Below, one piece after another: positions 46,084 through 57,730 of a stretch of DNA of 64,000 nt. This DNA is from Selaginella moellendorffii (taxonomy: Eukaryota; Plantae; Lycopodiophyta): assembly GCF_000143415.4 (NCBI RefSeq), contig NW_003314305.1, positions 236,139-300,138 of the forward strand. Reading direction: 5' to 3'. Position 1 is the first letter of the stretch. Each line of letters starts with the position of its first letter. Below the pieces are notes generated by a model, which was not told the origin of the DNA, ran no database searches, and was given only the letters and a program-made list of their open reading frames with translations. The position numbers and the translations under genes were made by a program.

Positions 46084-47605
46084 TGTGAGACACAAAATCC
46101 CTAGGCCCCAAAGTGGAGCCGGAAAGGGTGCCACGTGGTAGTGGCTGAAGCGAGAGCCAAACGAGTGTAACACGTTTGGACCAAAAGCTCCGACTTGAAA
46201 AGTCAAGAGCGGGAGTGGAACTCCCAACGAAGTGCTCGAGGAACGAGCACGAAACGAGCAAAAAGTGAGGCTCCAAAGAGGGACCCAAAAGGACCAACAC
46301 ATGACACGTGGAAGTGTCTGAGATGGACTCGAGTTGGAGTCCGAAGTGGAGTCCGAGATGGACTCGAGTTGGAGTCCGAAGTGGAGTCCGAGATGGACCC
46401 GAGTTGGAGTCCGAAGTGGAGTCCGAGATGGACCCGAGTTGGAGTCCGAAGTGGAGTCCGAGATGGACCCGAGATGGAGTCCGAGATGGAGTCCGAAGTC
46501 AAGACCGAGACCGAGACCGAGACCGAGATCGGGACCGAGAACGAGACCGAGGCCGAGGCCGAGACCAAGCCCGAGCCCGAGTCCGAGTCCGAGTCCGAGT
46601 TCGAGTCTGAGAGGGTGAAAGCCCAAAGCGTTCGTCTCCCAGACCCTGGGGGGTTTGGTGAGCTCCAAAAGTATAGTAGGGGGAGGACTGCAGTGGAGCC
46701 AGTTTGGCCAGGAAAGGCCAGTTTGGCCCAGGAAGGCCGGACCCAGTGTTGGGTGATGAGCTGCCCACTGGGAAGTCCAAGACTAGAGTGAACACAGACC
46801 GACAAGCGGGGTAGCTTGGTGAAGTGTTCAAGAGCCGGCTCTAGTTCCCCCGGGAGATCGACTGGCCGATGCTCCCAGTCCAAGTGTGGGTGGCACTACC
46901 TACTTGGATACCTGGTGTGGCTCAACGGAACCCGCTCTAAGCCCATGGCTAGAGCACCCAAGGGCAGAAGGCGAGGAGAGTACCCAGGTGGCTCGCGTAA
47001 GGCCACGGTGTTCCGAAATGTTGTCCCAAAGGCCCAGACTGTGGAAAGGAAGAGGAGCAGTCCTCTGGGGTAGTGACCAAGGACACAGTCGTGTGGTGAG
47101 GAAGTCCCAGAGGACCGTGGGACTTAGTGGTCGGGCCTGTGGGTCTCGATCCAGTGGCAGTGTTGGCAAACACGGCCAGGGGCAGAAAGGGACTTGGTGG
47201 GGACTGACAGAGGGATATTGGGGAAGGCTATTCCCCTTGTCGGTGGGCATCCCAAGGATGCTAAAGAGTGGATCTGAGATGACCACTCACAGATGGTTTG
47301 CCTAGTCTTGGAGAGCCAAGACGGTGATGCAAGTGGTATTGGACTACCAGTGTGGCAAAGGTGACTGGGCATGGCCTTAGCATAATGGGCTGCTATGTCG
47401 GTGGTACCTTTGAGTGTCGGTCATGGGATCGGACACGTGGAGCACTTGGACCAAGTGCAAATGTTGAGTGGCATGGATGCCATTCTCGGGGCTAGCAAGT
47501 CCCAAGTCCTGGATTGGACTTATGGAGGTTGTGAATGAGACTCCTCCAAGTGGTCAGAGGTGTGGTTAAGTGACTAAAGTAGAATGGAAAATTTAGTTGC
47601 TTACA
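46084..47605 (+). repeat. Element B 5' LTR (1522 bp)
   Basis: Direct repeat of 58948-60481. Confidence 0.95.
46320..46611 (+). repeat. Hexamer-derived minisatellite in the LTR: 4 x 35-bp unit followed by GAG(T/A)CC arrays (also ~59185-59487)
   Basis: Unit GAGATGGAC(T/C)CGAGTTGGAGTCCGAAGTGGAGTCC read directly. Confidence 0.95.
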
Positions 47606-48811
47606 ATTTGGTATCGGAGCTGTTCCTTAGTCCGATTTTATTGGTGCTCAAGTATATCACCACTAGTGTTGGCATCAGAAGGTCCGAGGAGTGGGCCTAT
47701 CCTTGAGGAGTAGCAAGTCGGGAAGACATGGCTCTCCATTACAGTTCATGTGTGAACTTGTAGACGAGGTGGTAGATAGAAAAGGGGCCAATAATGGAAC
47801 GACTTTGGGATCTTGGGAATAGTGCAAGGTTTTCCTCATTGAGTTGAGGATGTGATCCGGATGAGCATTTGTCTCAGCAAATTGGCTAAGGTAGTTGTGG
47901 TAAACAACTATAGTTGGGATCACGGGAAAGATAGAGACTCCAAAACAATAAAGGAGTCACAAAATTATCCTCACATAGTTGAAGCTGGTGCTCATGAAAG
48001 TGAGACCGGAATGGATGACCATGAGAGGTCAAGCAGGGGTGAGGACATGAGTCCTTGAAGTGGTAGCCGGGGCTACCTCTAATAAATGCTGGAACAACCC
48101 AAGGAGTTGGGGGTGTACTTAGAGGATGAGTTGGTATTCTCATCACATGGACAAGTGGTCCTAAGGGGCAAAAGGTTGCCCCAAGAGAACAAATCAAGTG
48201 TCGGAGTAACACTTGCAAAGATGGTCCTTGTGAGTAGGACCTGAATACAAGAAGTTGTATTCCAGCGAGTTGACACCTCGAAGACTAAGACCTCGCAGGT
48301 CATTGGATTAGCAAGTCTAAAATGCTGGATGACTCAAGTGGAGTCAGGGAATGGTCCTAAGGGATTGGTTGAAGCATTTGGACGGAGGTGTATGGTGCCC
48401 ATGAGGTATGGGGAGGATCATAAGATCCAAGTATGAGAACAGTGAGTATCTCATTGATGGCAGAATGTGCCATATTAAAATTGTGGGAAAGATGTTCCCA
48501 GAAGAAAGCAACTTTGGCCCAGAGTTGGGTGCAAACACTATGGTGCGGTGCTAACGGATAGTTAGCATGAGGAACAACTATATTGGTCTTGGCAAAGACC
48601 TAAACACTAATAAGTAGTGTTATAAGGATAGGCTCGTGGAGCCGATGGTGTGGAGACACCGAAGGTGCCAAGGCATGCTGCCTTGAGGTCAAGTTGGTGG
48701 GTTCATGAGAACCCCGTCCAAAGGAATCCCAATGGAAATGGGAATGGCATAGCCTAAGCTGGAAGGCATGCGGTTAGAGTGTGGTGACCTGGATAATGAT
48801 GGAGGTGTGGA

Positions 48812-51800
48812 AGCGCACGTGGTTTTGACCCTTTATCCTATGGTGATTTACCATAGGATAACACCACGAAGCGGAACCTAAACCCTCTTTGTGCCACGTG
48901 ACAGATGCCACGTGTCACATGCCACGTGTCCACAGGAACCCGAGGTTCAGGGCCTTGGGCCACTGAACAAAGGAACGGTGCCAAACTCCCAAGCACGAAG
49001 CCAAGGAGTGACGGAACCGAACCACGGAGCAACTCCCAAGCGTAAAGCCCAAGGAGCGAAGGGACAGGGGCCCGGAGCGACTTGGAACAGTCCTAGAGTA
49101 ACCAGCATCCCAATGCCAGGACCAGCACGCAAAACGGAGCCAAACGGAGTCTGGCGCTATTTCGGCATACCGGTGGCCTAACGCGAGGACATGGGTACTC
49201 CACCAACTAGCATGGAATGGAACTTGGGCTTAGACCCAAGCCGGACGCAGAACAAGGACAGGCACGCAAGCGGGAGCTAGACTATGCCTCAGGTTGGTCG
49301 GCCATGCCCGACCTACCCACTATCCCTACTATACATTTGGAACCCCCCCATAGCCCCCCCCCCCTTGAGGAACACACGCTTTGGGCTTTCACCCCAAGCC
49401 TCCCTTAGTATCAGGAGTTAGTCTCTGGGACAAGCTCGAAACTTTACTAAATATGGAATGTCCCTAGATTGCGAATTTGGACACGGGACGAACACCATTG
49501 TGTTCAGGACGATCTCTACATTCCGTAGATATGCCAAATGAGCAAATCTGGACACTTTCCACAAATAGCATTTGGGACCGAAATGAGACTAACACAAAGG
49601 GCATGATAGCGAGGGTGTTTGGCAGACACGGTAAGCTATCATGTAGCGATATTGAGGGACCAATCTCAATACGCGAGGGTTCTTGTCAAGCCAGTGCAAG
49701 ACAGAGCAAAAGAGAACTAACAAGCCGGGCCAAGTACGCTCAGCTAAATAGACACTTAGGAATTCCTTCCTTATGCTCATCCGGCCAAGTACAGATGCAA
49801 AGTCCAGTTTACTAACACTTGAACAAGAGGGGCTAATAAAGGGAACCAGCAATACCGACCTCCTGCCATCGTGGCAGTAAGGTAAGAGTGTCCGTAAGGA
49901 CTAGTCGACAGGTAACTTTCGATACCCGAAGTCACATGCGCGACACTCTCCCCCCCTTGGGAAGATCGACGTCCTCGTCGATGCATACTCGAGTCTAGAA
50001 TACCGCCAAGGAAACAACTCTAGAAAAAGTTCACGGTACTCACACTATGTGAGAAATGCACCAACTTAAATGAGTTAGGGGGAACCTCTTTGTCTAACGC
50101 GGATGCGCTACCAGCTCAGACACCTTCCGGCCGTCGCCGACAAGGAAATGACCAACGGAGTTAGCCACCCTTGCTGCTCTGGGAGTCACCCAGCTTACAA
50201 AAGTGTGATATGCCCCTGCCCGCAGGAACATAGAGAGAGAAGCCAGAGGCCCCAACCCTCCTAAGCAAAGAAACCAAACCCGTCGGTAAGGTTTAGATAG
50301 ACTACTGTAAACAGGCAGTTAGAGTTGTTTACACGGTCACGCCCTTTCAACGGAATAAGGAACATCGACAGAGAGGCGGGTTATGTGACCAGTCGACAAT
50401 AGCTACCCCATGACTAGAGATTTCAACATGCACACGAAGTGCCGAAGCCAGTCTGCCTTTACTGGCCCAAACTCAAAGATCAATAGATGGACAATATCAA
50501 AGTCAGAGACAATGATATCTTAGAAGCTGAATTATCAGTGATTATATCTTAGATTAGAACACAAAAGTATTCCAAGTAAGTTATCATCTGATAAACTAGT
50601 AGTATAGTGCAGGAACCACCAAGATCATCATAATTGGAAAACATAGGATTCACTATCCAACAAAATTCAATAGCTAGTGTATCATCAAGAACACTTAATG
50701 ATAAAACATAACTATCAAAGATAGCAGACAGTAAGCCAACAACTTACTAGAGATAACTCAAAGAACACAAAGTATCATTGACTGACAGGCACAATGCTCG
50801 CGAATGTATCACCCGAAGGAAATAACATCCCAACCTATCAGAACTAACTCGAGCAATAATCAACAGAACAGAATGAATGCGGTAAGACCAACAAACACCT
50901 ATTCATGCCAACTATCACACTAGCCAATCCAAATAGATCCCAGCCAACAACACCAAGGAATTCAAGTTGCATAAGCAAGTGTTAGCAGCATCCTTTTGAT
51001 GTCTCAAACCCAAGAGACCAATCCAGAGCAAATCACAAAGAACATGTGATATTGCAAAAAGCCACAAGCCATCAAAGAGAACAACTAACTATCACGAAAG
51101 ATCATCAATCATCCCATCAATAAAGAGATGCATAATCATTGTCAAAGAAGGAATCCACCATCCCGCAGAATGGCAAACCATTCTATATCAACAATAACCA
51201 AGCAACACCCTTGACAAGGATAATCAACTATCTTAGATGATAGTCAATCATCGCCAATGATTGCTAGACGCAAATACTAACATCAATATCGAAGCTAACA
51301 AGCCAAAATGTTTTCCCCAACAACTTCTAACAAATAGAACAATGAGCATAAAACTTAAAGAACCAAAAGCTCGAAGAAGTCTATAGCTAAGTCTTGCCTA
51401 ACAATGATCACAAGTCTTGCATGAACTAACTTCAATGCTAAAGAAGAAATCATAGTACAACCCACAACATCCTCTTCAACACATCCATAAGCTAAACTTC
51501 ATAATGCCAAAGCTAATGAAGAGCATGTCTGCATCAATCCAAAAGCTAAGCATAACGAAGCTATACTCAACAAGTGATCACCAAACGATCCTCCATGAAT
51601 CCATCTATAGCAAGACGTAATTCACTTCATAACAAGCACAAGAAGAATCATCAATGATCGATATATTCCAACTCAAATCCAATAAGGATTCAAACATTCC
51701 AATATCAACCACTAATTCTTCTGCTTGTAGAGTTAGCATAGTCCACGACTGAATCACTTTTCAAGGAAAAGCCAAAGCTCAACCTTTACTAAATAATCTC

Positions 51801-54800
51801 GTCTAGAACACAACTAACTCAAACTTGTCACTCAGTTCAGTTGAACGTCAACACAGTTGCTAACTAGCAAATGCACGAATGCTAATAACACAAAGCTATA
51901 GCCAAATCATCAACACTATCTTCATCAAAACTAATGAAACTCGACATCAATCTTGTAGAGAGACATCTCATTTCACTAAAATTTCAACATCAACAATGTC
52001 AACGACAAGGCATCACTTCAATGCCATCAACACTAGAACAAACCTAGAAGAAAGCACGTGTATCACCACTTAAAGCTCTCTAGCAACCAAGCTAACCAAG
52101 GTCGAAGATACTTTAGTTAGTATCCGAGACCAATCCTTCTACATTACTCAGGTACAGATAACACTTCCTCAAGGAGTGCATCACCACATCCAAGACTCAA
52201 TGAAATCCAACACTATGAACTAAACACAACCAAATGATATCAACAGAGGTAGAGTCGACATGCCAACATGGAAAACCCATGTAAGTCAAATGACACGATC
52301 CTCCGCAACACCATCAGGTAAAGCAAACCCATCACTGCTAAATCATCATCGAATGAAGCAAGTGTTAAAAGTCCTTGATGAAGTCTACAAGTAGTCACTA
52401 GTTGCAAAGCAACTAACAATCACTCCTCAACTTGCCTTCATAAGACCCAAACACTAAACTCACGTCATCAAGTCATATACTTGTCCAACATGAACGTGAT
52501 ACCCCAGGTACGAGATAAAAGTTCATAGACAAGCACAAACTAAATGACCACTCAAATCCAACTCAACCGCAATAAGCTCACTCAAACATTTAGCCATTAG
52601 CTCTGAGCATGCCTTGAAGAGGTTAGCTATGCATGATCAACACTCAGTCGAAACTAAAGTGAAGACCAAGAGATGGACTTATATCGGTACACAACCTCCT
52701 CATAGACAAAGCTATAGTACAGGTACCAACATTTCAACTTGCAAACCACTAAGTTGGACATCACCATCCTTAGCCAAGGTGCAGGGCCACCAAGACCAAG
52801 TCAAGATCAGTGAGAGCTCACTACTCTCATAGAGTCTTAACAAAATGCAAGGTGCAACCTGCCACCGAGCATAATGCTACAAAAGAAAGGCACAAGGGTC
52901 ACCCTTCTTAGAAAAGCGCAACGGCCACTTTTCTACACCAACTCTAGACTCTATCCAACTCAATTGCCTTAGCCCCAAAAGTTAGCATCCTTTTTCAGGT
53001 TGCATCATACAAACTACATACTAAGGTCTAAACCAACCGAAGTCAACTCCAACCCCTTCACTAGTTTGTACTGGCTTACGAAAACGGAATGGTTTTCGGA
53101 CAAAGTGATAATAGATCAGCTATTGGAAAAGTCTAAGAAAATTTGTGGAAAATTTCCATCCTAGAAAAAGAATGACTCTCAGTCCAGGAATACAAACTTT
53201 CAAGACTCAACCAACTTCCTCCTACTAACAACTTCACATAGGTTCACCTCAACACAAATTCTCATGACCCATAGTATGCTTAAGCCTCGAACATCTTTTT
53301 GCCCATTCTTTCGACATCTAACACTGATATCCGTAAAAATGCAAATGGAATATCCAAGACTTGATCACGAAGACCACATCTTCGGATATCCACATTGCAC
53401 TAACACTGTTCTTCAATCACCTTCAAGATCCAATGTGAAGCTAAAACACTAACAAGAAAAAATGACATGGAAAATCAAGCTCTAAGGAAAATTCCTCATT
53501 ACTCGAAGTAACAATGCCACTTCCACTAACACAAGTGCTAGTGATGTCAACGCCCCAACTACACACCTTCTCCATCCAACAATTTACTCCAAGTGCTAAC
53601 GGATCAACTAATGAGCTATAGCAAATGCTACAACCCTTTCCAACACCACAATGGGCAAACTCAAGGAACTAAGGAACCAACTTAAGCTTAGCATAATGGA
53701 CCACCATTAAGAATCCAGTCAAAGCTACTACAATGCTACTTCGTGCAAGTAGACTTAGCTTCACCATCAACAACTTTGGGGTTGATCATCGTTTAACCAA
53801 GCAACTTCGTAAACACATTGCTCATTATCACATGGATATGATATAGAAATCACAATGACTTGATCATCAATTGAGCAACACCACGAGCAATGCCAATGTT
53901 ATTACTTCAAAGGTTTATGTGAGTATCAAGTGCTAACTCAATTCGACAAAATGCAACATAAATGCCACACTCCACCGATAGAGACTTACAACACCCAACA
54001 TCACTAACTTTTGTTCACTACATGGACAAGCTTATGCCACTCTCTTTCCGACCAAACTCAAAACTTAATCTAACACCAAACTACTCAAAGAGCAATAGCA
54101 AGGTTCCTCAGAAAAGAATTGAGCATTGCAACCCAAGTCTTTCAATAGCAAGCCTAGACAAAATGGTTTAGCGCTTCACCGCTATCCACCCCATAACTCA
54201 CCATTTGTAAGACCATCATCTCCAAGATGCATCAAGGTAGGGACTCTTGATTGCATGATGTGAACACGAGCAATGAGTCACCCCTCGTTGCAAACCATTT
54301 CTCCAAAAGAGAAGATAATTTACGTGTTTGATCCTTCGTCCCCGACGACTCTCTTTTCGGTCTCATCTTTGACTACACTTCAAGCTTGCATTCGCACTGC
54401 CTTCAGTCCAATCCAAGAAAAGTTTATAAGAGAGCACGGCAATGATTACTTGAACCAATAGACTAATCCCTACAGTCTTAGTTGATCCACTTGTAATCAT
54501 GCCTAGGAAGGATCTACTAGTGCCGTGCTAAACAGCTACGGACCAGCCTATTTGCCACTCATAGCAAACTCAGGGAAGGTTTACTTTCACCCACGGTACA
54601 TGGAACAACTTATGGAACCACCGATAGGCTAACATTAATCCTGCCAACTCAAAGTGTAACCTCAAGTTGCTAATGCGCCTCACTCACGAGCCCAAGCTCA
54701 AACTCGTGCTAACGGAGCATCTCAAATCCATCCTATGAGCCCAAGAGCAAGCTCACAATGTTAGGTACAAAAGGTAACCAAAACCATACCCAAGGAACGA

Positions 54801-56061
54801 ATATGAACCCTTTGCACCAAACGTGTACCCACTCGGATCATCGTTTTCATCTCTGCGTATGCAACGAGACTAGTTGCCCAATCTCATTGAATAGTACTCG
54901 CTGAGACTCATGCTCTGATACCAAATGTAGCGCACGTGGTTTTGACCCTTTATCCTATGGTGATTTACCATAGGATAACACCACGAAGCGGAACCTAAAC
55001 CCTCTTTGTGCCACGTGACAGATGCCACGTGTCACATGCCACGTGTCCACAGGAACCCGAGGTTCAGGGCCTTGGGCCACTGAACAAATGAACGGTGCCA
55101 AACTCCCAAGCACGAAGCCAAGGAGTGACGGAACCGAACCACGGAGCAACTCCCAAGCGTAAAGCCCAAGGAGCGAAGGGACAGGGGCCCGGAGCGACTT
55201 GGAACAGTCCTAGAGTAACCAGCATCCCAATGCCAGGACCAGCACGCAAAACGGAGCCAAACGGAGTCTGGCGCTATTTCGGCATACCGGTGGCCTAACG
55301 CGAGGACATGGGTACTCCACCAACTAGCATGGAATGGAACTTGGGCTTAGACCCAAGCCGGACGCAGAACAAGGACAGGCACGCAAGCGGGAGCTAGACT
55401 ATGCCTCAGGTTGGTCGGCCATGCCCGACCTACCCACTATCCCTACTATACATTTGGAACCCCCCCATAGCCCCCCCCCCTTGAGGAACACACGCTTTGG
55501 GCTTTCACCCCAAGCCTCCCTTAGTATCAGGAGTTAGTCTCTGGGACAAGCTCGAAACTTTACTAAATATGGAATGTCCCTAGATTGCGAATTTGGACAC
55601 GGGACGAACACCATTGTGTTCAGGACGATCTCTACATTCCGTAGATATGCCAAATGAGCAAATCTGGACACTTTCCACAAATAGCATTTGGGACCGAAAT
55701 GAGACTAACACAAAGGGCATGATAGCGAGGGTGTTTGGCAGACACGGTAAGCTATCATGTAGCGATATTGAGGGACCAATCTCAATACGCGAGGGTTCTT
55801 GTCAAGCCAGTGCAAGACAGAGCAAAAGAGAACTAACAAGCCGGGCCAAGTACGCTCAGCTAAATAGACACTTAGGAATTCCTTCCTTATGCTCATCCGG
55901 CCAAGTACAGATGCAAAGTCCAGTTTACTAACACTTGAACAAGAGGGGCTAATAAAGGGAACCAGCAATACCGACCTCCTGCCATCGTGGCAGTAAGGTA
56001 AGAGTGTCCGTAAGGACTAGTCGACAGGTAACTTTCGATACCCGAAGTCACATGCGCGACA
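48812..56061 (-). mobile_element. Very young non-autonomous LTR retrotransposon (element C), nested in B in the opposite orientation
   Basis: LTRs 48812-49945 and 54926-56061 differ by ~1 substitution and one C in a homopolymer; PBS GCTCTGATACCA at 54912-54923 (tRNA-iMet, minus strand); PPT CTCTCCCCCCC at 49946; ~5 kb interior without long ORFs. Confidence 0.93.
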
Positions 56062-57319
56062 GAGTTGTAGGACCTGACAATTATGGGGCAACTAAGCAAG
56101 AGGTGCAAGATAATTGGTTAAATGGGTAGAAGGTAGCTACCCAAGACTTCTTAATGGCATAAGGAAGTTAGATATACCCTTACGGGGGGTAAATTGCTTA
56201 TGTTGCAATATAGTAAGTCAATGTCGTAAACGGGAAGGCTCATTGTCAAGAGGCCATCATTGGGACACCCAAACACTCTAGAACACCAGGAGGTGGTGTT
56301 TCATATCGCAAGGGCAATAGATAAGGCCCAAGGGACTAAGTCCTTAGCAAATGATGGATAGTAGGTGCTATCCAAATGTTCAAGGTTGTGGAGACAGGAG
56401 AAGACTGTCTACCCGAATTGGACAAAGCCAAAAATGGAATTTTGGCAAGGCTAGTGATGGGCATGTAAAGACCCATAAGCAGCAACGTTAATCCCGATAT
56501 GTGGGATTATAAGTTGAGCATGCCCAAGATTGAGGAACCACTCCCTATGCTATCGGGTAGGTTCATCCCTAAGAATACTTGCTAAGGCATAGTAAAATGT
56601 GCAAAGCTGTCCTCCTAGTCTGGAGGAGAATAACCAAAGGAAACATATGGGGCCAAAAGGCAAGTAGTATTGGGATGGAACTGAATCATAGAAATCAAAG
56701 GGCATATCCCACAGTGGTTATGCAAGTTGGGAGTGGAGAATCAAGAGGGTGCTCGAGGATGTTGTTGCTAGCAACCGTGATGCCATGGAGAGTCTAAATA
56801 TGGAATTGTTCATGTTAGACTATATGGCAACTATAAAGCTTGCGAAAAGGGAGGCCTTAGCAAGCTGAGGGACAGAGTTCCTCTAAGGTTCCCAAAGACG
56901 ATTCTAGGTAGCTTAGTACCTAGAAAGGCCAAGTGTAAATGGTTCATGGAACGCGCGAAACCAGAGTGGCGCAGCAGAAGCATGGTCTTGAAGCTTGCCA
57001 TGAGGCAAGGCTATCAAGGTTAGGGAAGTAGTTCCCGAGTGTTCAAAGAGAGGGCTTTCAACGAAAGTTGATGGTAAAGGACTTTCACGCTTATGCAGGA
57101 ACCATGTTACAGTGGTCGGAGGACTTGCCAAGCGAGATTGGCACGTCGGGGGAACAAATACCCTAATTGAAGGTGATAACTTCAAAAGGGTGGGCCATAG
57201 GGCTGAGCATGGAGGAGTCCATGCATGATCACAAACATGTCAAGTGAGAGGACTTGGCAGTGTGGAGGAACTAGGTTCCTAAGCTGTGATCTGTAGCGCG
57301 CTTTAAAAATAAGTTGGTG

Positions 57320-57730
57320 CACCGGCGTGGGGAGTCACGCCAGGCATCTTGTGTGATGCCATCCGTAGATGCATATACGGAGGTTGGGTTCGAGTCCCGA
57401 CCCTCTAGTGCTTGGGTTCGAGTCCCAAATCACTAGGGCATGGTGATGGTTTGGAATATGAGGACACTCATATTTCGGTGGTCATGGACTCTCAGTGGGG
57501 AGACTGGTTTGGGCACACCGCCAAGCGAGGGATGCCTCGGAGTCGTGATGCACGGTTAGATTGCTTAGTGTGAAAGCTCGGCATATCTAACTTGAACACT
57601 TTGGTGCAAGTGGCACCAAGGACGTGGTGAGTGAGATGGGGACACCTAATCTCAGTTGCTATGGACCCTTGGCCGGAAGGGCTGGCTTGGGCGCACCGCC
57701 AAGTGTGGGGGATGCCCCCGGGGTCGTAGT
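57320..57730 (+). other. Putative structured RNA domain inside element B
   Basis: Five abutting hairpins at 57324-57438, two with TTCGAGT loops; a further hairpin at 57454-57475 and a duplicated two-hairpin motif. Confidence 0.6.

Noticed and set aside
46320-46460. 35-bp repeats as a CRISPR array
   Set aside because: Units are contiguous with no unique spacers, there are no cas genes, and the context is a plant LTR.
46051-46883. Long ORFs in several frames (LGLGLG, ESEVESEM, WSPKWSPR, SDSDSD), also at 58885-59759
   Set aside because: Products of the stop-poor 35-bp/hexamer minisatellite inside the LTR; not credible proteins.
50057-50068. 12-mer TAAGTTGGTGCA shared between the interiors of C (minus) and B (57310)
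   Set aside because: A 12-nt match between multi-kb regions is expected by chance; insufficient alone.
53700-53725. DWILNGG on the minus strand as a copia protease relic in element C
   Set aside because: A single short motif with no supporting gag, integrase or RT motifs seen.
46084-56061. Hammerhead ribozyme (retrozyme) in the LTRs of B or C
   Set aside because: No CTGANGA...GAAA core with the right stems found by eye; an Infernal search would be needed to exclude it.
57343-57405. A genuine tRNA(Met) gene
   Set aside because: T-arm-like motif and a CAT in a loop are present, but there is no proper acceptor stem, D-loop GG or 7-nt anticodon loop. Kept only as tRNA-like structure.
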